NCBI GenBank assembly: GCA_002269645.1
Contig: NIVC01001556.1
Coordinates: forward strand, 186,001 to 250,000
Length of the DNA stretch: 64,000 nucleotides
Reading direction: 5' to 3'
Origin: Macrostomum lignano
Taxonomy: Eukaryota
How positions within the stretch are numbered: the stretch's first letter is position 1; each line of letters begins with the position of its first letter. The notes under the pieces are model-generated. The model was not told the origin of the DNA. It saw nothing but the letters and a program-made list of their open reading frames with translations, and did no database searches. The position numbers were made by a program, and so were the translations under genes. Positions 36,360 through 50,500 of this stretch are shown in pieces.

Positions 36360-37473
36360 TTTATGGCGCTTTGCTTATGCTTCTCATGGCGCCTTGTATA
36401 TGCTTCTCATGGCGCCTTGTATATGCTTCTCATGGCGCCTTGCTTACGCTTCTCATGGCGCCTTGCTTACGCTTCTCATGGCGCCTTGCTTACGCTTCTC
36501 ATGGCGCCTTGCTTACGCTTCTCATGGCGCCTTGCTTACGCTTCTCATGGCGCCTTGCTTACGCTTCTCATGGCGCTTTGCTTATGCTTCTCATGGGGCC
36601 TTGTATATGCTTCTCATGGCGCCTTGTATATGCTTCTCATGGCGCCTTGTATATGCTTCTTATGGCGCCTTGTATATGCTTCTTATGGCGCCTTGTTTAT
36701 GCTTCTCATGGCGCCTTGCTTACGCTTCTCATGGCGCCTTGCTTACGCTTCTCATGGCGCTTTGCTTATGCTTCTCATGGCGCCTTGTATATGCTTCTCA
36801 TGGCGCCTTGTATATGCTTCTCATGGCGCCTTGTATATGCTTCTCATGGCGCCTTGTATATGCTTCTCATGGCGCCTTGCTTACGCTTCTCATGGCGCCT
36901 TGTATATGCTTCTCATGGCGCCTTGCTTACGCTTCTCATGGCGCCTTGTATATGCTTATCATGGCGCCTTGCTTATGCTTCTCATGGCGCCTTGTATATG
37001 CTTCTCATGGCGCCTTGTATATGCTTCTCATGGCGCCTTGTATATGCTTCTCATGGCGCCTTGCTTACGCTTCTTATGGCGCCTTGTTTATGCTTCTCAT
37101 GGCGCCTTGCTTACGCTTCTCATGGCGCCTTGCTTACGCTTCTCATGGCAGCTTGCTTATGCTTCTCATGGCGCCTTGCTTACGCTTCTCATGGCGCCTT
37201 GTTTATGCTTCTCATGGCGCCTTGCTTACGCTTCTCATGGCGCCTTGCTTACGCTTCTCATGGCAGCTTGCTTATGCTTCTCATGGCGCCTTGCTTACGC
37301 TTCTCATGGCAGCTTGCTTATGCTTCTCATGGCGCCTTGCTTACGCTTCTCATGGCGCCTTGCTTACGCTTCTCATGGCAGCTTGCTTATGCTTCTCATG
37401 GTGCTTTGCTTATGCTTCTCATGGCAGCTTGCTTATGCTTCTCATGGCGCCTTGCTTACGCTTCTCATGGCGC
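36360..37473. repeat. Minisatellite, 23-bp unit TGGCGCCTTG(CT/TA)TA(C/T)GCTTCTCA
   Basis: About 48 copies; explains three overlapping 367-426-aa ORFs. Confidence 0.97.
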
Positions 37474-40223
37474 TCGATCTATTTATTACGAGAGTAAGTT
37501 TTGAGCTGATGAAACTGTTAAGAATCTGGATCAGAAAATTTCAACCTGCCTTTGAACTAAGCATTTAACTGGCTGTGTCCAATCGGGTTGATCCTCCTTC
37601 GGCATGTATTACTGTTTAAACATGAAGCGGCTATGCATGTATGTGTTGTCAATAAATGTTTGTCCAAAATCACGAGAGCATGTCGACTGGGCTGATCATA
37701 CTCAATGCTAAGCCCGAATAGTATGCCCACATTTACCCAGTAAATAAATTCGAAAACAATTTCTACATATGCGGGACTGCAATGCCCACTGACAAGATTA
37801 TTGTTAGCGAATTGGGGGATAGGCGATCGCAGTGGGAGGAGTGAAAGACAGGATAAATGACGTCACAGTGTGATCTCGCAGACGCAAGCCGCTCTGACTT
37901 CCACGCCCCTCACACCCACAAGCTTATAATCTGTGTCAACATTTATGAAAGCCCCGCAAGAGGCCAATACTTGGTCTGCTGTGCTCAAATCTAATTCACT
38001 TCTTGTAATACTTACATTGCTATTGTTCAGGTTGGAGTCATTGTTAAACCCATATCCCCAATTTTAGTCTTTTACGCATCCTCTTATACTGGACACTGAA
38101 TCATTTTTTGGCTTCTTAAACGGCCCCTAGGGCAAATTTTAAGTCAATACCATGCAGACATTTTGAGCTTAAAGTTCGAAAAGATTCGGGAATAAATGAG
38201 TTAGTGCTAAAAACTTGCATTGTTATCTTAATTGGGTTTTCATAACTTCCTTAAAATCAAAATAATAGATTTTAAATATCGCCACGTGACCTACCTGATC
38301 TGCCATACAAAACTACTCATGATTGCAGTACAGTCCGCAGTCAGTTAAAAAGATCGTAATTGTGGACTGAGGGATAGCTGCATGGCCATAGAGACTCAAT
38401 TCTTTTAATAGATCGATTGATTGAAGAGCTATATGAACTTCTGTAACTACTTTCTGCATATCACTTTTGGCGCAGTGAATCGCAGGTAATTATTTTTTAC
38501 ATCCCTGGGGAAATCAGGAGTTACATATGTACCAAACTACGTACTATATATGCTAATGCCTATGTATCCATAATTTTAGCAGATTATTATTTTGACTAAT
38601 TATGTTTACTTTACTAGTGTGCTGCATTCTCTCTGAATGTTAGAATAAAAATACCTATATACTACTGCTTTTATTAAGTAGCTAAACCCTATTAACATTG
38701 TTAGAAACTACCCTGCTGTATTCATTTACCTGAAGACTATCCTTCGGTCACATTAATTTTTCTATCGCATAGGGGCTATTATGAAGAGATCAGAAGTAGG
38801 AGCGAGTTCAAGTCATAGGTTGCTTCTGCTCTGTGTATGTGGCAGTTAGAGGTTGCACACAACTGCTTGTAACTGTAGGAATTGATGGAGCAAAATTTAT
38901 ATTTAATAAATCAGGAATAGAAATTAAACTGACAACAATCTTTTTCAGTCTTCAATTAAAAGAAAGGAGAGAGGAAAAATAAAAACTGCCCTCTTGATGC
39001 GCTTTAGGCCGTACGGTACAAATAAAAAGAACAAAATTAAGCAATAAAGACAGAAGAGCTTCTCACTTGAATGCACAGAAAAAACATGCAACAATTGAAC
39101 AAAAATTTTAACGTATGCAGCAGAAAACTTTTTTTGCTTTTTTGTTATAGTCTTTTTGCAAGAATGCGTTGTTTCAAAAAGATACACGCAATTTTGATAA
39201 TCATCGTATTAAAAAATATTATTTTGGCTTTTGATAACTGCGATACCCAAAAGGTATTGCCGAAAGGCGATTATGTCGGAGTATCTGAGTATCGGAATTG
39301 TGCTAAACAGTGTATAATACATTTACTTATGCAAGCTTCCTTGCATATTATTTTTGTACCTTTTAAAGATTTTAAACTTTTCAGTTTTGACTAGGCCTAG
39401 GCTTTAGCAAACAAATAGCAGCAGAGACGAATAGTCCAGTGGTGGTGGTACCTTCTAACCTGCTGGCTGTCTTGGCAGTCTTGCCACACCATGCTGCCAT
39501 GTTAACTTTAAATAAATTATAGCTAATAAAAGTATAAGTTTGTCATCATTTAATTTTAAAAAGCAGAAATATCTTTATGAGTCGTGACTTTAGTCTGCTT
39601 AGTCACGGTAGTCACCTTTACCTAGATTAGGCCTAAGGATTTGGATTTCTACTAAACTAAAAAAGTGAATTATATAAATAATAATTATTTGCAGTTAAAA
39701 ATGATACCTATTTACCTATGTCCTATGTTGATATAAATCTTCCATTAAAAAAAGTTATAATTTTTGTTAGGCCTATTATATATATATTAACATTTAGTAG
39801 GCCTAATATTCTAACTTAACATTTGCATAATACTAATATATAACAATAGTGTAGGCACCCAATAAAATGCAGAATTTGCATTAGAAGGATCTAGATAAAC
39901 TTGTCAACTTTTTATTCATCAACTTGATTCAACTAGGCCTATTCTAATACATGCTTGGGCACAACCTAGGGATTCACCCAGCCATTTTTATTGAAATGGA
40001 ATTTGAAATGGAATAGAAATGGTCAAGTGATTCCCATGGTTGTATGTCGTGTATATTTTGACAAATTTATTAGGAAAATCCCAGCATACATGTCACCTTC
40101 AAAACTATGGTTGTAATTCCTAGTAGTTGGCATGGAAGATTCTTAGTTTTATTGTTAGTATAGTTTTGTATTTTATTTTATCATGGCAGACTAATTTGTA
40201 CATGGCAGACTACGCCTACTAGG

Positions 40224-40760
40224 TAGTAAAGATTCCAATCCTGGGATCTTAGGATCCTAGGATTTGGCCTCTAAAGCTAGGATTTTAGTCCCAAGATTTT
40301 GGGACAAACACAGAATCCCAAGATTATAAATCTTAGGATCTAACTAGGCCCTATTTTGGGATCCCAGATCCTAGGATTTTGGCCCTAAAATCCTTGGATT
40401 TCATTGGGATTATTTTATATTTTGTAACAATGTCTATAGAATAAAACCAAATAATATTCAATATTCAATATGGGATAATAACAAATCAATTGTAGCTAGC
40501 GTCTTGAAAGGTCAAAACAGAGAATTTGGACCACAATTAAGGCCAAAAACATAGGCTTTAGGATTAAAAATTAGTTTTGATATAAAAATTAGATAGTAGA
40601 TCTATTCTAATTCCTAGATCCCAAGATCCTAGGATTTCTTAAAGTTTAAAGCAGGATTGTCATATTAAACAAGTCCAAGATTTTTTAGGATTTATAACCA
40701 TGGAATTTTGGGATTTTTTTAATCCTAGGATTATCAATTGTTGGGATTTTGGAATCCCTA
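40224..40760. mobile_element. Possible MITE rich in GGGAT/AGGATCCT motifs
   Basis: Imperfect TIR (TAGTAAAGATTCC ... GGAATCCCTA). The direct repeat CCTACTAGGT at 40215-40224 and 40757-40766 overlaps the ends. Confidence 0.35.
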
Positions 40761-41204
40761 CTAGGTGTGGTATACGCTGCTATCTAGTATCCAATCAATC
40801 TAGTAAAAACCATAGTCTAGATCATGCTAGGTGCATGCCCAAACAAAAATTAAATAGTTACAAATGCATACCATAAGTGTATGCCCATACTCTCAAATCT
40901 AGGCTAGCATTGCAACAATATATGACCTTTTGCATTGCAATAGTAAATGACCTTTTGCATCGCATAAAGGACATTTTTGGCTAATAATTTAATTGATTAT
41001 GGGGCCTATTTGTCTTTTTTGCCTATATTATTTATAGCAAAAAAATTATCTACATAAACATTTATTTGAATGCTTTATTACCAGTTAAAAACGAGAAAGC
41101 CTAAAATTTATACTTAAATAGAACTTTTCAATCTTCTTTCCACCTAACACTAATTCTTTGGCATGAATCTATGTGATGCACACTAGGTATATACATCTAT
41201 CTAA

Positions 41205-41660
41205 ATATACTAAATCTCTAAGGTTTGTATGCTTGAATGAATGAATGTCCATAACGCTCTAGAGCGAGCAATTCTTCACCGATTTTCATCGTGTTTTCGC
41301 CAAAAGATTCAAAATTGTCTGGAAAGAAGACAGTTAAAATTTCTTGTATCTGCTTCAATGCTAAAGGGATTAAATATTCGAAAAACTGTTTTAAATGGGC
41401 GAATTCAATGCAAATTTTATCAGCCAGAAACTTCACTGCCAATTTTAATTGATTGCGCCAGAGCCAACTGATAAGAAAACTCACTCCGTTCCACTTAAAG
41501 GGGGGCAATAAAAAATTATTCTGGCTGCTGGCAGCCAGCTCTAATTAGCTAGTCCATCCATCCAAATATACTAAATCTCTAAGGTTTGTATGTCCATAAC
41601 ACTCTAGAGATTGCAATTCTTCACCAATTTTGATCGCGTTTTCGCCAAAAGATTTGTAAT
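41205..41660 (+). mobile_element. Two diverged copies of a ~100-bp element head (Helitron-like 5' end)
   Basis: ATCTAAATATACTAAATCTCTAAGGTTTGTATG...CAATTCTTCACC...TTTTCGCCAAAAGATT occurs at about 41201 and again at about 41560. The Helitron assignment is inference from overall resemblance. Confidence 0.35.
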
Positions 41661-42922
41661 CAGCCCAGGATTGTATGGTTAAAATCTCTTAATCTTATAT
41701 ACTATTTTCTTAAGAGTCATGTATACCAACTATGCATGCCTAACTTCTGGCATGCAAACCCAATGCATGCCCAAATTTTTGGCCATATATTATATAATCA
41801 ATAGTGTGGCTTTCAAATTTGTATCATAGCGCGACATAGGTTTAAATTTTCTTTTAGAATGAAAACATATATAAAAAAAGTAATAATACTTAAGAAAACT
41901 TTAGGTAAATAAAATAGTTGCAGTTTTGATGAAATCATAATTTTGTCTTTACAAGGGTTTTTGATTTGATCTTTATTTGTTTGTAGCTGAAAGCCAACTA
42001 CTGGGGCATGGAAAATGTTGGGTTTTAGGATTGATTTTTAAATATGTACCTAAACTTCAATAGAGACATAGGGGTCTATTGGGAAAATGGCAATGAAGCT
42101 TAAATTAAAAATTCAGCAAGTTATCAAACACCTTGGAGAAAAATTATAAACCTATCAAAATTAATTGATATCAGCAGCTATAGTTACTTTCAGAATAGAG
42201 ACAATGCAAATTAGTAGAAATTATTATAGGTAAACAGGTAAAGAATGTATAGCTGGTAGTCACAACAATGAGAAAACGACAATGAATCAAAAAGTGAGAG
42301 GTAAGGGGCAAGTTGAAGTATCTTGACATATTCTATGACAAAAAAACCTAGCCTAGAGAAAAGTGTTAAGCAGACTGATTATGTTAGTGACTTAGTAGTA
42401 CAGATCCTAAAGTTAGCTAATTTGGTATGAAACTTTATTATAAAACTTGGATATTTGCTTGTATGATTGGCAGTATTTTTTATTATTGTCATTTGCTAAT
42501 CTGTATCATACATGCGCAACACCCAGCCGATCTAGCTGGCTAGCAAGGGGCCTAGCTAAGATGGCCTCAATCTATAGACAACTAATTAGCTGACGAGGCA
42601 TTTAGCCTTAATAATACAATCATAGTTATTCCTGCCGTTTACCCAAAATTGCATTAATTTTTGCTTACGTTTTTTCATAGATAAGTTACATTTTGGTCAA
42701 AAATCGCATGGCTGGTCTAATTCAGGGGGGTGTGCATGTATGATCGATATATATATTTTTTTTTTGACAATACATTATACTATAATCATAACAGATAGAG
42801 TAGATTTATACTATTATAATATTTTCCTATTTTTATATCAAAAACTGTCCTAAATAACTAGTGAAATGGCATCACTGTAAGAAAGCATGGATCAATTGAA
42901 CAATTTTTTTGCAGTCAATTAA

Positions 42923-43279
42923 ATGCGTCGAGCTCAGCAGAGCACTCAGCCACAGCACCAGCCCTACAGTGGCTACACATCAACAACCACCAACCAAGAG
43001 CAGGTGGAGCAAGAGAATGACAATTTAACAAATCAGCTGCGGAGTAAAGTGTCGGAATTGAAACACCTGAGCATTAATATTGGCACAGAAATACGCGACC
43101 AGAATGGCATGCTGGGCAATATGCAGAGCGACTTTGACAAGTCTGAAGCTGTACTCAGAGCGTCAATGGCCAAGCTGGTGCATATTAGTAAGACTGTGTG
43201 GAGCTCCAATAAGCTGCTAGTTAATCTGCTGCTATTTGCTCTGCTTGTATTCCTAATTATTTGGCTTCTGTATAGATAG
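42923..43279 (+). CDS. BET1: BET1-like ER-Golgi Qc-SNARE, 118 aa, intronless CDS
   Basis: MRRA start, SNARE helix EQENDNLTNQLRSKVSELKHLSINIGTEIRDQN (human BET1: [33 protein letters not shown]) and a C-terminal TM anchor. AATAAA at 43767-43772. Confidence 0.93.
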   Translation: MRRAQQSTQPQHQPYSGYTSTTTNQEQVEQENDNLTNQLRSKVSELKHLSINIGTEIRDQNGMLGNMQSDFDKSEAVLRASMAKLVHISKTVWSSNKLLVNLLLFALLVFLIIWLLYR

Positions 43280-44559
43280 ATGGAGTCATCAGTGAGCTCG
43301 GACTCTCGATAGATGGAAGCTTTTCAAGCGTTTTATCTGTGTTCCTGGTGGATGGATTGAGAGACTTTTCATTTGGAATTAACAAGTCTTATGCGTGATT
43401 TTGAGCTGTCAGATTTCATTCCATCTCCACTCAAGACATACATATATATATTAGTTGTACAGACATACTGCCTCACACTACTAGGGTAAGTATGTGGAGA
43501 AATCCCAAGTAGAATGATGCCTAGAACGGAAGCGTAACTTAAATGACAGGCTAAAACTCCAAAGACACCCCATTGTAATTACTAAATTGATGATTTTATT
43601 TAATCTCTTTCCTGTTAAGCAATGAGTTCCTTATACTATGAAATTATTTTAATGTATGTTTTCGATGGTTCATGTGGATTTGTTGTTTTTTTGTCTAAAT
43701 ATAATATATTTATGTTCTCTGATTGAAGTATTCTAATGTTTTTGCCGTTATAATCTTGCAGTTGGCAATAAATGCTGTTATCAGGAATTATTTTTTAATT
43801 TTTGTCTGTCTAAAATGGTAAAACTAACTATCAAGTTATCAGTTACTCGCTAAGCAGTAATAAAGTTCAACTGTAGCAGGAAGTCACGGCGGTAGTCGCA
43901 TTTGCCTTTTCGGTTCTCTTAGTACCAAAACAATCACATTGCCATCTAGCATTTTGGGTCCTTTAAAGTCATAATGGCAGCTGTATCAGTAACAAGTTCG
44001 AAATAAATAACGTCTTTATCCCTAAGTTTACATTGTTGGGCCTCTCTAACCCACATAAATCTGCAGAGTGTAGACACTTGTTTACCGCTGACTTAAATTG
44101 GCAACTTATAGAAGTCTTGAATTAAACACCAAGAATCCCAATAACTATGAATTAAAATATGAATTATAAAAATCATAGAACCTGGCGCCAATCTGCACAG
44201 AAGTTGCTTTAAAATGAGAGCCAACATCTGTCCCTACCGCTTCTTGGCCTTTACTTGTCTGTGTTTGCAAAGATTATCTATGCCTACGGCAGTTTCATAG
44301 GCTTAAGTTCCTGTACAAGTGCTGGAATCGAACAGATAAAAATGAAATATGTTTTGTTTCGATACTAGCAAATATTTACTCTGAAAGTCTTGACCGCGCA
44401 ATGTGCCAGCTGTTAGTGCTTAGCCATGCAAAATACAATGCCGTACAACTATACATGCAGGCAACAGCTGCGTATGTGACTATCGACTTTTCTACTTTTG
44501 ACTGTCATATTTTCCTAGGAGACTACTTGATTTATTGATTCCGCGGGTTGCCGGGGAAC

Positions 44560-47500
44560 TTAGATGCGGGTGTGGGTACTCAAATCGCGTATGCAAATTC
44601 TCTCGACCCTCATCGAGAGTTTCTGCGTGGATTTTCTGTTTTTCTCTACAGCTGTCGTGGCTGATTTTTTTAGTTCGTCACGACTTGGCTGGCTGCATTG
44701 CATTCCCAGCGCGTTGCCTATAGGGATATCGGGTTTCAGTGTCAAATTTCCCAAATAAACTCCATCTGAGCTTTCATGCAGACGCTTTTTTATTGAGTAT
44801 CGGTGAGCGCCGCCAGGATTTGACCAGCTTCTGGGATTGCTTGCCACTGACGATTTTGGCTCTGAAATTATGATATATTTAGGCCACTTGGTGTGATTAT
44901 GGTACTTGCTGACATCATTATAGTACAAGTTTGCTGACAATTTTGACCCTGCTGACAATTTTGATCCTGCTGACAATTTTGACCCTGCTGACAATTTTGA
45001 CCCTGATAACATGATTTTCTGGTTGGCTATAACGTGGTTGGCTCTCAAAGCCGTTAATTGCACAAGCGAGCCAAGCTGAGATTCCAATTCAGCCCCAAAT
45101 TAATGTGACTGCACTTGAAATCGAGCCTGGGTCGCTGGCACACCAGAGCAGCTGCGCTACCGCTGGGCTACGGCCCCCCTTCAGCTGACATGATACTCCA
45201 ATAGTGCCGCTAACAAGGTGTTGTTGGCGCCCCTGACATTAAAGGGCACGCTCGACACCTTTTTCGGTTTGGGCCGCGCTTGGTCCTTTGGGAAATGGGT
45301 GGCCATCAGCACAGAGAGAATATTAAAGATGCAACTCAAATGTTAAAAATCAAAAGAGCTTCTATCAGACACGCATCTAGATAGTTAATCTGCGAGACAA
45401 AACCGTTGGCTTAAATTCTGAAAGACTGCTCAAGAATCCTCCTTATAAGAAACAAAGGAAAATATAAATCCCCTAGAAAGAGGGCTGAAAAGGTCACTCT
45501 AATTAATTATTAACTTGCATTTATTTCACACGGAAAATAGTCGCATAAAAATGTCTGAATATAGATAGGGGCGGGAGACCTATGGGATTTGGAAAGAGAT
45601 TAAGGGATCGGCATCAGCTCTCCCATGCAGTCAATCTGATCTTCCCTTCTCGTGATTGGCTGGTGAGGGTCGTCCATAGCTGGATTGCAGTATCTGGGCT
45701 TTACATATACACTGCGGTTTACGTGATCACGAATATATGGTTTTTATAGGCTTCTAAAGCAAGCAAATATTCAGCTACCGGGCCTACTCATGCTCCTGAT
45801 GGAACAGGCCACTCTGGCAGATCCGGTGAGAGAAAATCTTTTGATGCCTGTTCTGCTCGCAATGACGATATCGCCGTAGGCGTTGCGCCAGGGTGTCTGC
45901 AGCCCTCCTGCAAGTATTATATACACGTAATATTTTTATAGTCAAAAGTCGTAAACCTGTGATACCGGCCTTGTGCCCTCTGGTCATCTGAGTACTGTAA
46001 AATTCCCCTAGTGTCCTTGATGATGTGATGCATGGATTCCCCAAGGAGCATCTGGACCTCGGCAGCACCAAAAGTATCCCCTGAACTGCGACAGGCATTT
46101 TTATCATAAGTCATAACTCGTGCATTATTTATTACCCCAATATCCACCCCAGTCGAATGCAAGCGAGTTCGACGTGATCCAGCTAGTTCGCATCGGGGTC
46201 TCCGGTCGGCAAGGACTCAGCGCATCCGGCCTGTGCCTCATCACTTTGTACGCCCTGATCTCCGCAGCCTCCCTGGCAGGCAACGGATTGTTCCTGTTTC
46301 TCAGCCTCCGCTACAGAGGCCTCAGGCGGCACATCTCCTACATCATGATGAGCTTAGCTGGTTCCAATTTGCTAGTCACCTGCATCTGCGTGCCAGCCTC
46401 TGCTTACAGACTTTTCTACCTGAGCTGGGGTATCGGCGAGCTCGGCTGCAAGCTCGTCATGTTTGTCGAAGGTGAGATGACAGCACAGTAGAAGCGGACT
46501 AACTGTGTGTAGGAGGACTGCAGTCTCGCCAAGTCGTGCCAATTTCACTGGAAAATTCATTGGCGAGACTCCTGTGTCAGTGTTTTAGGCTATAAATTCA
46601 CAGCATCTCAACTGGACTTTCCAATAGCAAGTGCGTGATGATAAAAATTGATATTTGCAAGGAGGGTTGCGGGCACCCTGGCGCAACGCCTTCGGCGATA
46701 TCGTCAAACAACCAGTGCTGAGACAATTCTGCCCAGTCCGCTGGCTCCTGAGCACAATACAAGCGCGCCAATACTGTACGCAGGCACACACTCATGCACA
46801 CGCTCACACGGGGTGTACAACCGTCCTGACTTTCTAATCGTCAGGCATGTACACTCTCTGCCTTGGGGGCTGGCCCGATCACCGCAAGACAAACCCCCAG
46901 GCCAATTTTCGGGCAGTTAGGGTTCTAATCCATGCGTGTCTCCTCAGTGTATTTTTCTAGTGGGATATTTTCGAAACTAGTTTTATATATACGGTACTAA
47001 TGTACAGATTTTCGGGAATATTGTCTGTATTGTCAAACTATATTTAACTCTTCTATTGTAATCGACAAATGGCTTAGTGTACTTTTGAGCTAGTAAAATT
47101 TGTTTAAAGCTTGGGATTGTGAAGCTTGGGGATTGTGAAGCTTGGGGATTGTGAAGCTTGCGGATTGTGAAGCTTGGGATTGTGAAGCTTGGGGATTGTG
47201 AAGCTTGGGGATTGTGAAGCTTGGGATTGTGAAGCTTGGGGATTGTGAAGCTTGGGGATTGTGAAGCTTGCGGATTGTAAAGCTTGGGGATTGTGAAGCT
47301 TGGGATTCTGAAGCTTGGGGATTCTGAAGCTTGGGGATTGTGAAGCTTGTGGATTGTGAAGCTTGGGGATTGTGAAGCTTGGGGATTGTGAAGCTTGGGG
47401 ATTGTGAAGCTTGGGGATTGTGAAGCTTGGGGATTGTGAAGCTTGGGGATTGTGAAGCTTGGGGATTGTGAAGCTTGGGGATTGTGAAGCTTGGGGATTG

Positions 47501-50500
47501 TGAAGCTTGGGGATTGTGAAGCTTGGGGATTGTGAAGCTTGGGGATTGTGAAGCTTGCGGATTGTGAAGCTTTGGGATTGTGAAGCTTGCGGATTGTGAA
47601 GCTTGGGGATTGTGAAGCTTAGGGATTGTGAAGCTTGGGGATTGTGAAGCTTGGGGATTGTGAAGCTTGTCGATTGTGAAGCTTGTCGATTGTGAAGCTT
47701 GGGGATTGTGAAGCTTAGGGAATGTGAAGCTTGGGGATTGTGAAGCTTGAGGACTGTGAAGATTGGGGATTGTGAAGCTTGGGGATTGTGAAGCTTTGGG
47801 ATTGTGAAGCTTGGGATTGTGAAGCTTAGGGATTGTGAAGCTTGGGATTGTGAAGCTTAGGGATTGTGAAGCTTGGGGACTGTGAATATTGGGGATTGTG
47901 AAGCTTGGGGATTGTAAAGCTTGGGGACTGTGAAAATTGGGGATTGCGAAGCTTGGGATTGTGAAGCTGGGGGATTGTGAAGCTTGGGGATTGTGAAGCT
48001 TGGGGATTGTGAAGCTTGGGGATTGTGAAGCTTGGGGACTGTGAAGCTTGGGGACTGTGAAGATTGGGGACTGTGAAGATTGGGGATTGTGAAGCTGGGG
48101 GATTGTGAAGCTTGGGGATTGTGAAGCTTGGGGACTGTGAAGCTTGGGGATTGTGAAGCTTGGGGATTGTGAAGCTTGGGGACTGTGAAGCTTGGGGACT
48201 GTGAAGATTGGGGATTGTGAAGCTTGGGGATTGTGAAGCTTGGGGATTGTGAAGCTTGGGGATTGTGAAGCTTGGGGACTATGAAGCTTGGGGACTGTGA
48301 AGATTGGGGATTGTGAAGCTGGGGGATTGTGAAGCTTGGGGATTGAGAAGCTTGGGGACTGTGAAGCTTGGGATTGTGAAGCTTGGGGATTGTGAAGCTT
48401 GGGGATTGTGAAGCTTGGGGACTGTGAAGCTTGGGGACTGTGAAGATTGGGGATTGTGAAGCTGGGGGATTGTGAAGCTTGGGGATTGAGAAGCTTGGGG
48501 ACTGTGAAGCTTGGGATTGTGAAGCTTGGGGATTGTGAAGCTTGGGGATTGTGAAGCTTGGGGATTGTGAAGCTTGGGGATTGTGAAGCTTAGGGATTGT
48601 GAAGCTTGGGGACTGTGAAGATTGGGGATTGTGAAGCTTGGGGATTGTAAAGCTTGGGGACTGTGAAGATTGGGGATTGTGAAGCTTGGGATTGTGAAGC
48701 TTGGGGATTGTGAAGCTTGGGGATTGTGAAGCTTGGGGATTGTGAAGCTTGGGGATTGTGAAGCTTGGGGACTATGAAGCTTGGGGACTGTGAAGATTGG
48801 GGATTGTGAAGCTGGGGGATTGTGAAGCTGGGGGATTGTGAAGCTTGGGGATTGTGAAGCTTGGGGATTGTGAAGCTTGGGGATTGTGAAGCTTGGGGAT
48901 TGTGAAGCTTGGGGATTGTGAAGCTTGAGGATTGTGAAGCTTGGGGATTGTGAAGCTTGGGGATTGTGAAGCTTGGGGATTGTGAAGCTTGGGGATTGTG
49001 AAGCTTGGGGACTGTGAAGATTGGGGATTGTGAAGCTTGGGGACTGTGAAGCTTGGGGATTGTGAAGCTTGGGATTCTGAAGCTTGGGGATTGTGAAGCT
49101 TGGGATTCTGAAGCTTGGGGATTGTGAAGCTTGTGGATTGTGAAGCTTAGGATTGTGAAGCTTGGGGACTGTGAAGCTTGTGGATTGTGAAGCTTGGGGA
49201 CTGTGAAGCTTGGGATTCTGAAGCTTGGGGACTGTGAAGCTTGTGGATTGTGAAGCTTAGGATTGTGAAGCTTGGGGACTGTGAAGCTTGGGGATTGTGA
49301 AGCTTGTGGATTGTGAAGCTTGGGGATTGTGAAGCTTGGGGATTGTGAAGCTTGGGGATTGTGAAGCTTGGGGACTGTGAAGCTTGGGGATTGTGAAGCT
49401 TGGGGATTGTGAAGCTTGGGGATTGTGAAGCTTGGGGATTGTGAAGCTTGGGGATTGTGAAGCTTAGGGATTGTGAAGCTTGGGGACTGTGAAGATTGGG
49501 GATTGTGAAGCTTAGGATTGTGAAGCTTGGGGACTGTGAAGATTGGGGATTGTGAAGCTTGGGGATTGTGAAGCTTGGGGATTGTGAAGCTTGTGGATTG
49601 TGAAGCTTGGGGACTGTGAAGCTTGGGGACTGTGAAGCTTGGGATTCTGAAGCTTGGGGATTGTGAAGCTTGGGGATTGTGAAGCTTGGGATTCTGAAGC
49701 TTGGGGATTGTGAAGCTTGGGATTCTGAAGCTTGGGGATTGTGAAGCTTGGGGATTGTGAAGCTTGGGGATTGTGAAGCTTGGGGATTCTGAAGCTTGGG
49801 GATTGTGAAGCTTGGGATTCTGAAGCTTGGGGATTGTGAAGCTTGGGGATTGTGAAGCTTGGGGATTGTGAAGCTTGGGATTGTGAAGCTTGGGGATTGT
49901 GGAGCTTGGGGATTGTGAAGCTTGGGGATTGTGAAGCTTGGGATTGTGAAGCTTGGGGATTGTGGAGCTTGGGATTGTGAAGCTTGGGGATTGTGAAGCT
50001 TGGGGATTGTGAAGCTTGGGGATTGTGAAGCTTGGGGATTGTGAAGCTTGGGGATTGTGAAGCTTGGGGATTGTGAAGCTTGCGGATTGTATTGAGAATC
50101 TGCGGTACACGCTCGAGTGCATGCAGGACAGAAATTAGCAGATGAATCAATCTAGCAGATAAATTGCCCAAATCATCAGGCCGAGCAGCAGAATATTCCT
50201 TGCTCGCTCATCCGTTTCCACGCTGCCGATAGTTTAGGCGCAGCAATGCGGAGACGCAACCGGTCTGTCTTGGAGTTCGTTGAGCCATCTGGATCGATGA
50301 ATGATCCCAATTTATTTAGGCCCGAATATCCCTGACAGCTGGCGTTAATTTTTTGTTTCAGGGGTGAATTTAGTGCACGATTTGCTAGCCTGCATTCACC
50401 TGCGCGTTTGTCTGCTTGTCTCCTCAGTGAGGTAGCGAATGAGTTCAATCAGATCATGTATTCTTGTGTGAGATCATGTGGTCTCGTCTGAGATCATGTG

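Noticed and set aside
44426-44471. Candidate GPCR start exon MQNTMPYNYTCRQQL with a GTATGT donor
   Set aside because: The phase-1 donor does not fit the phase-0 acceptor at 46153, and no intervening exon was found.
50090-50450. Unique island between two arrays in the GPCR intron as an extra exon
   Set aside because: The two GPCR exons join in phase with complete TM3 continuity without it, and I found no consistent exon on either strand.
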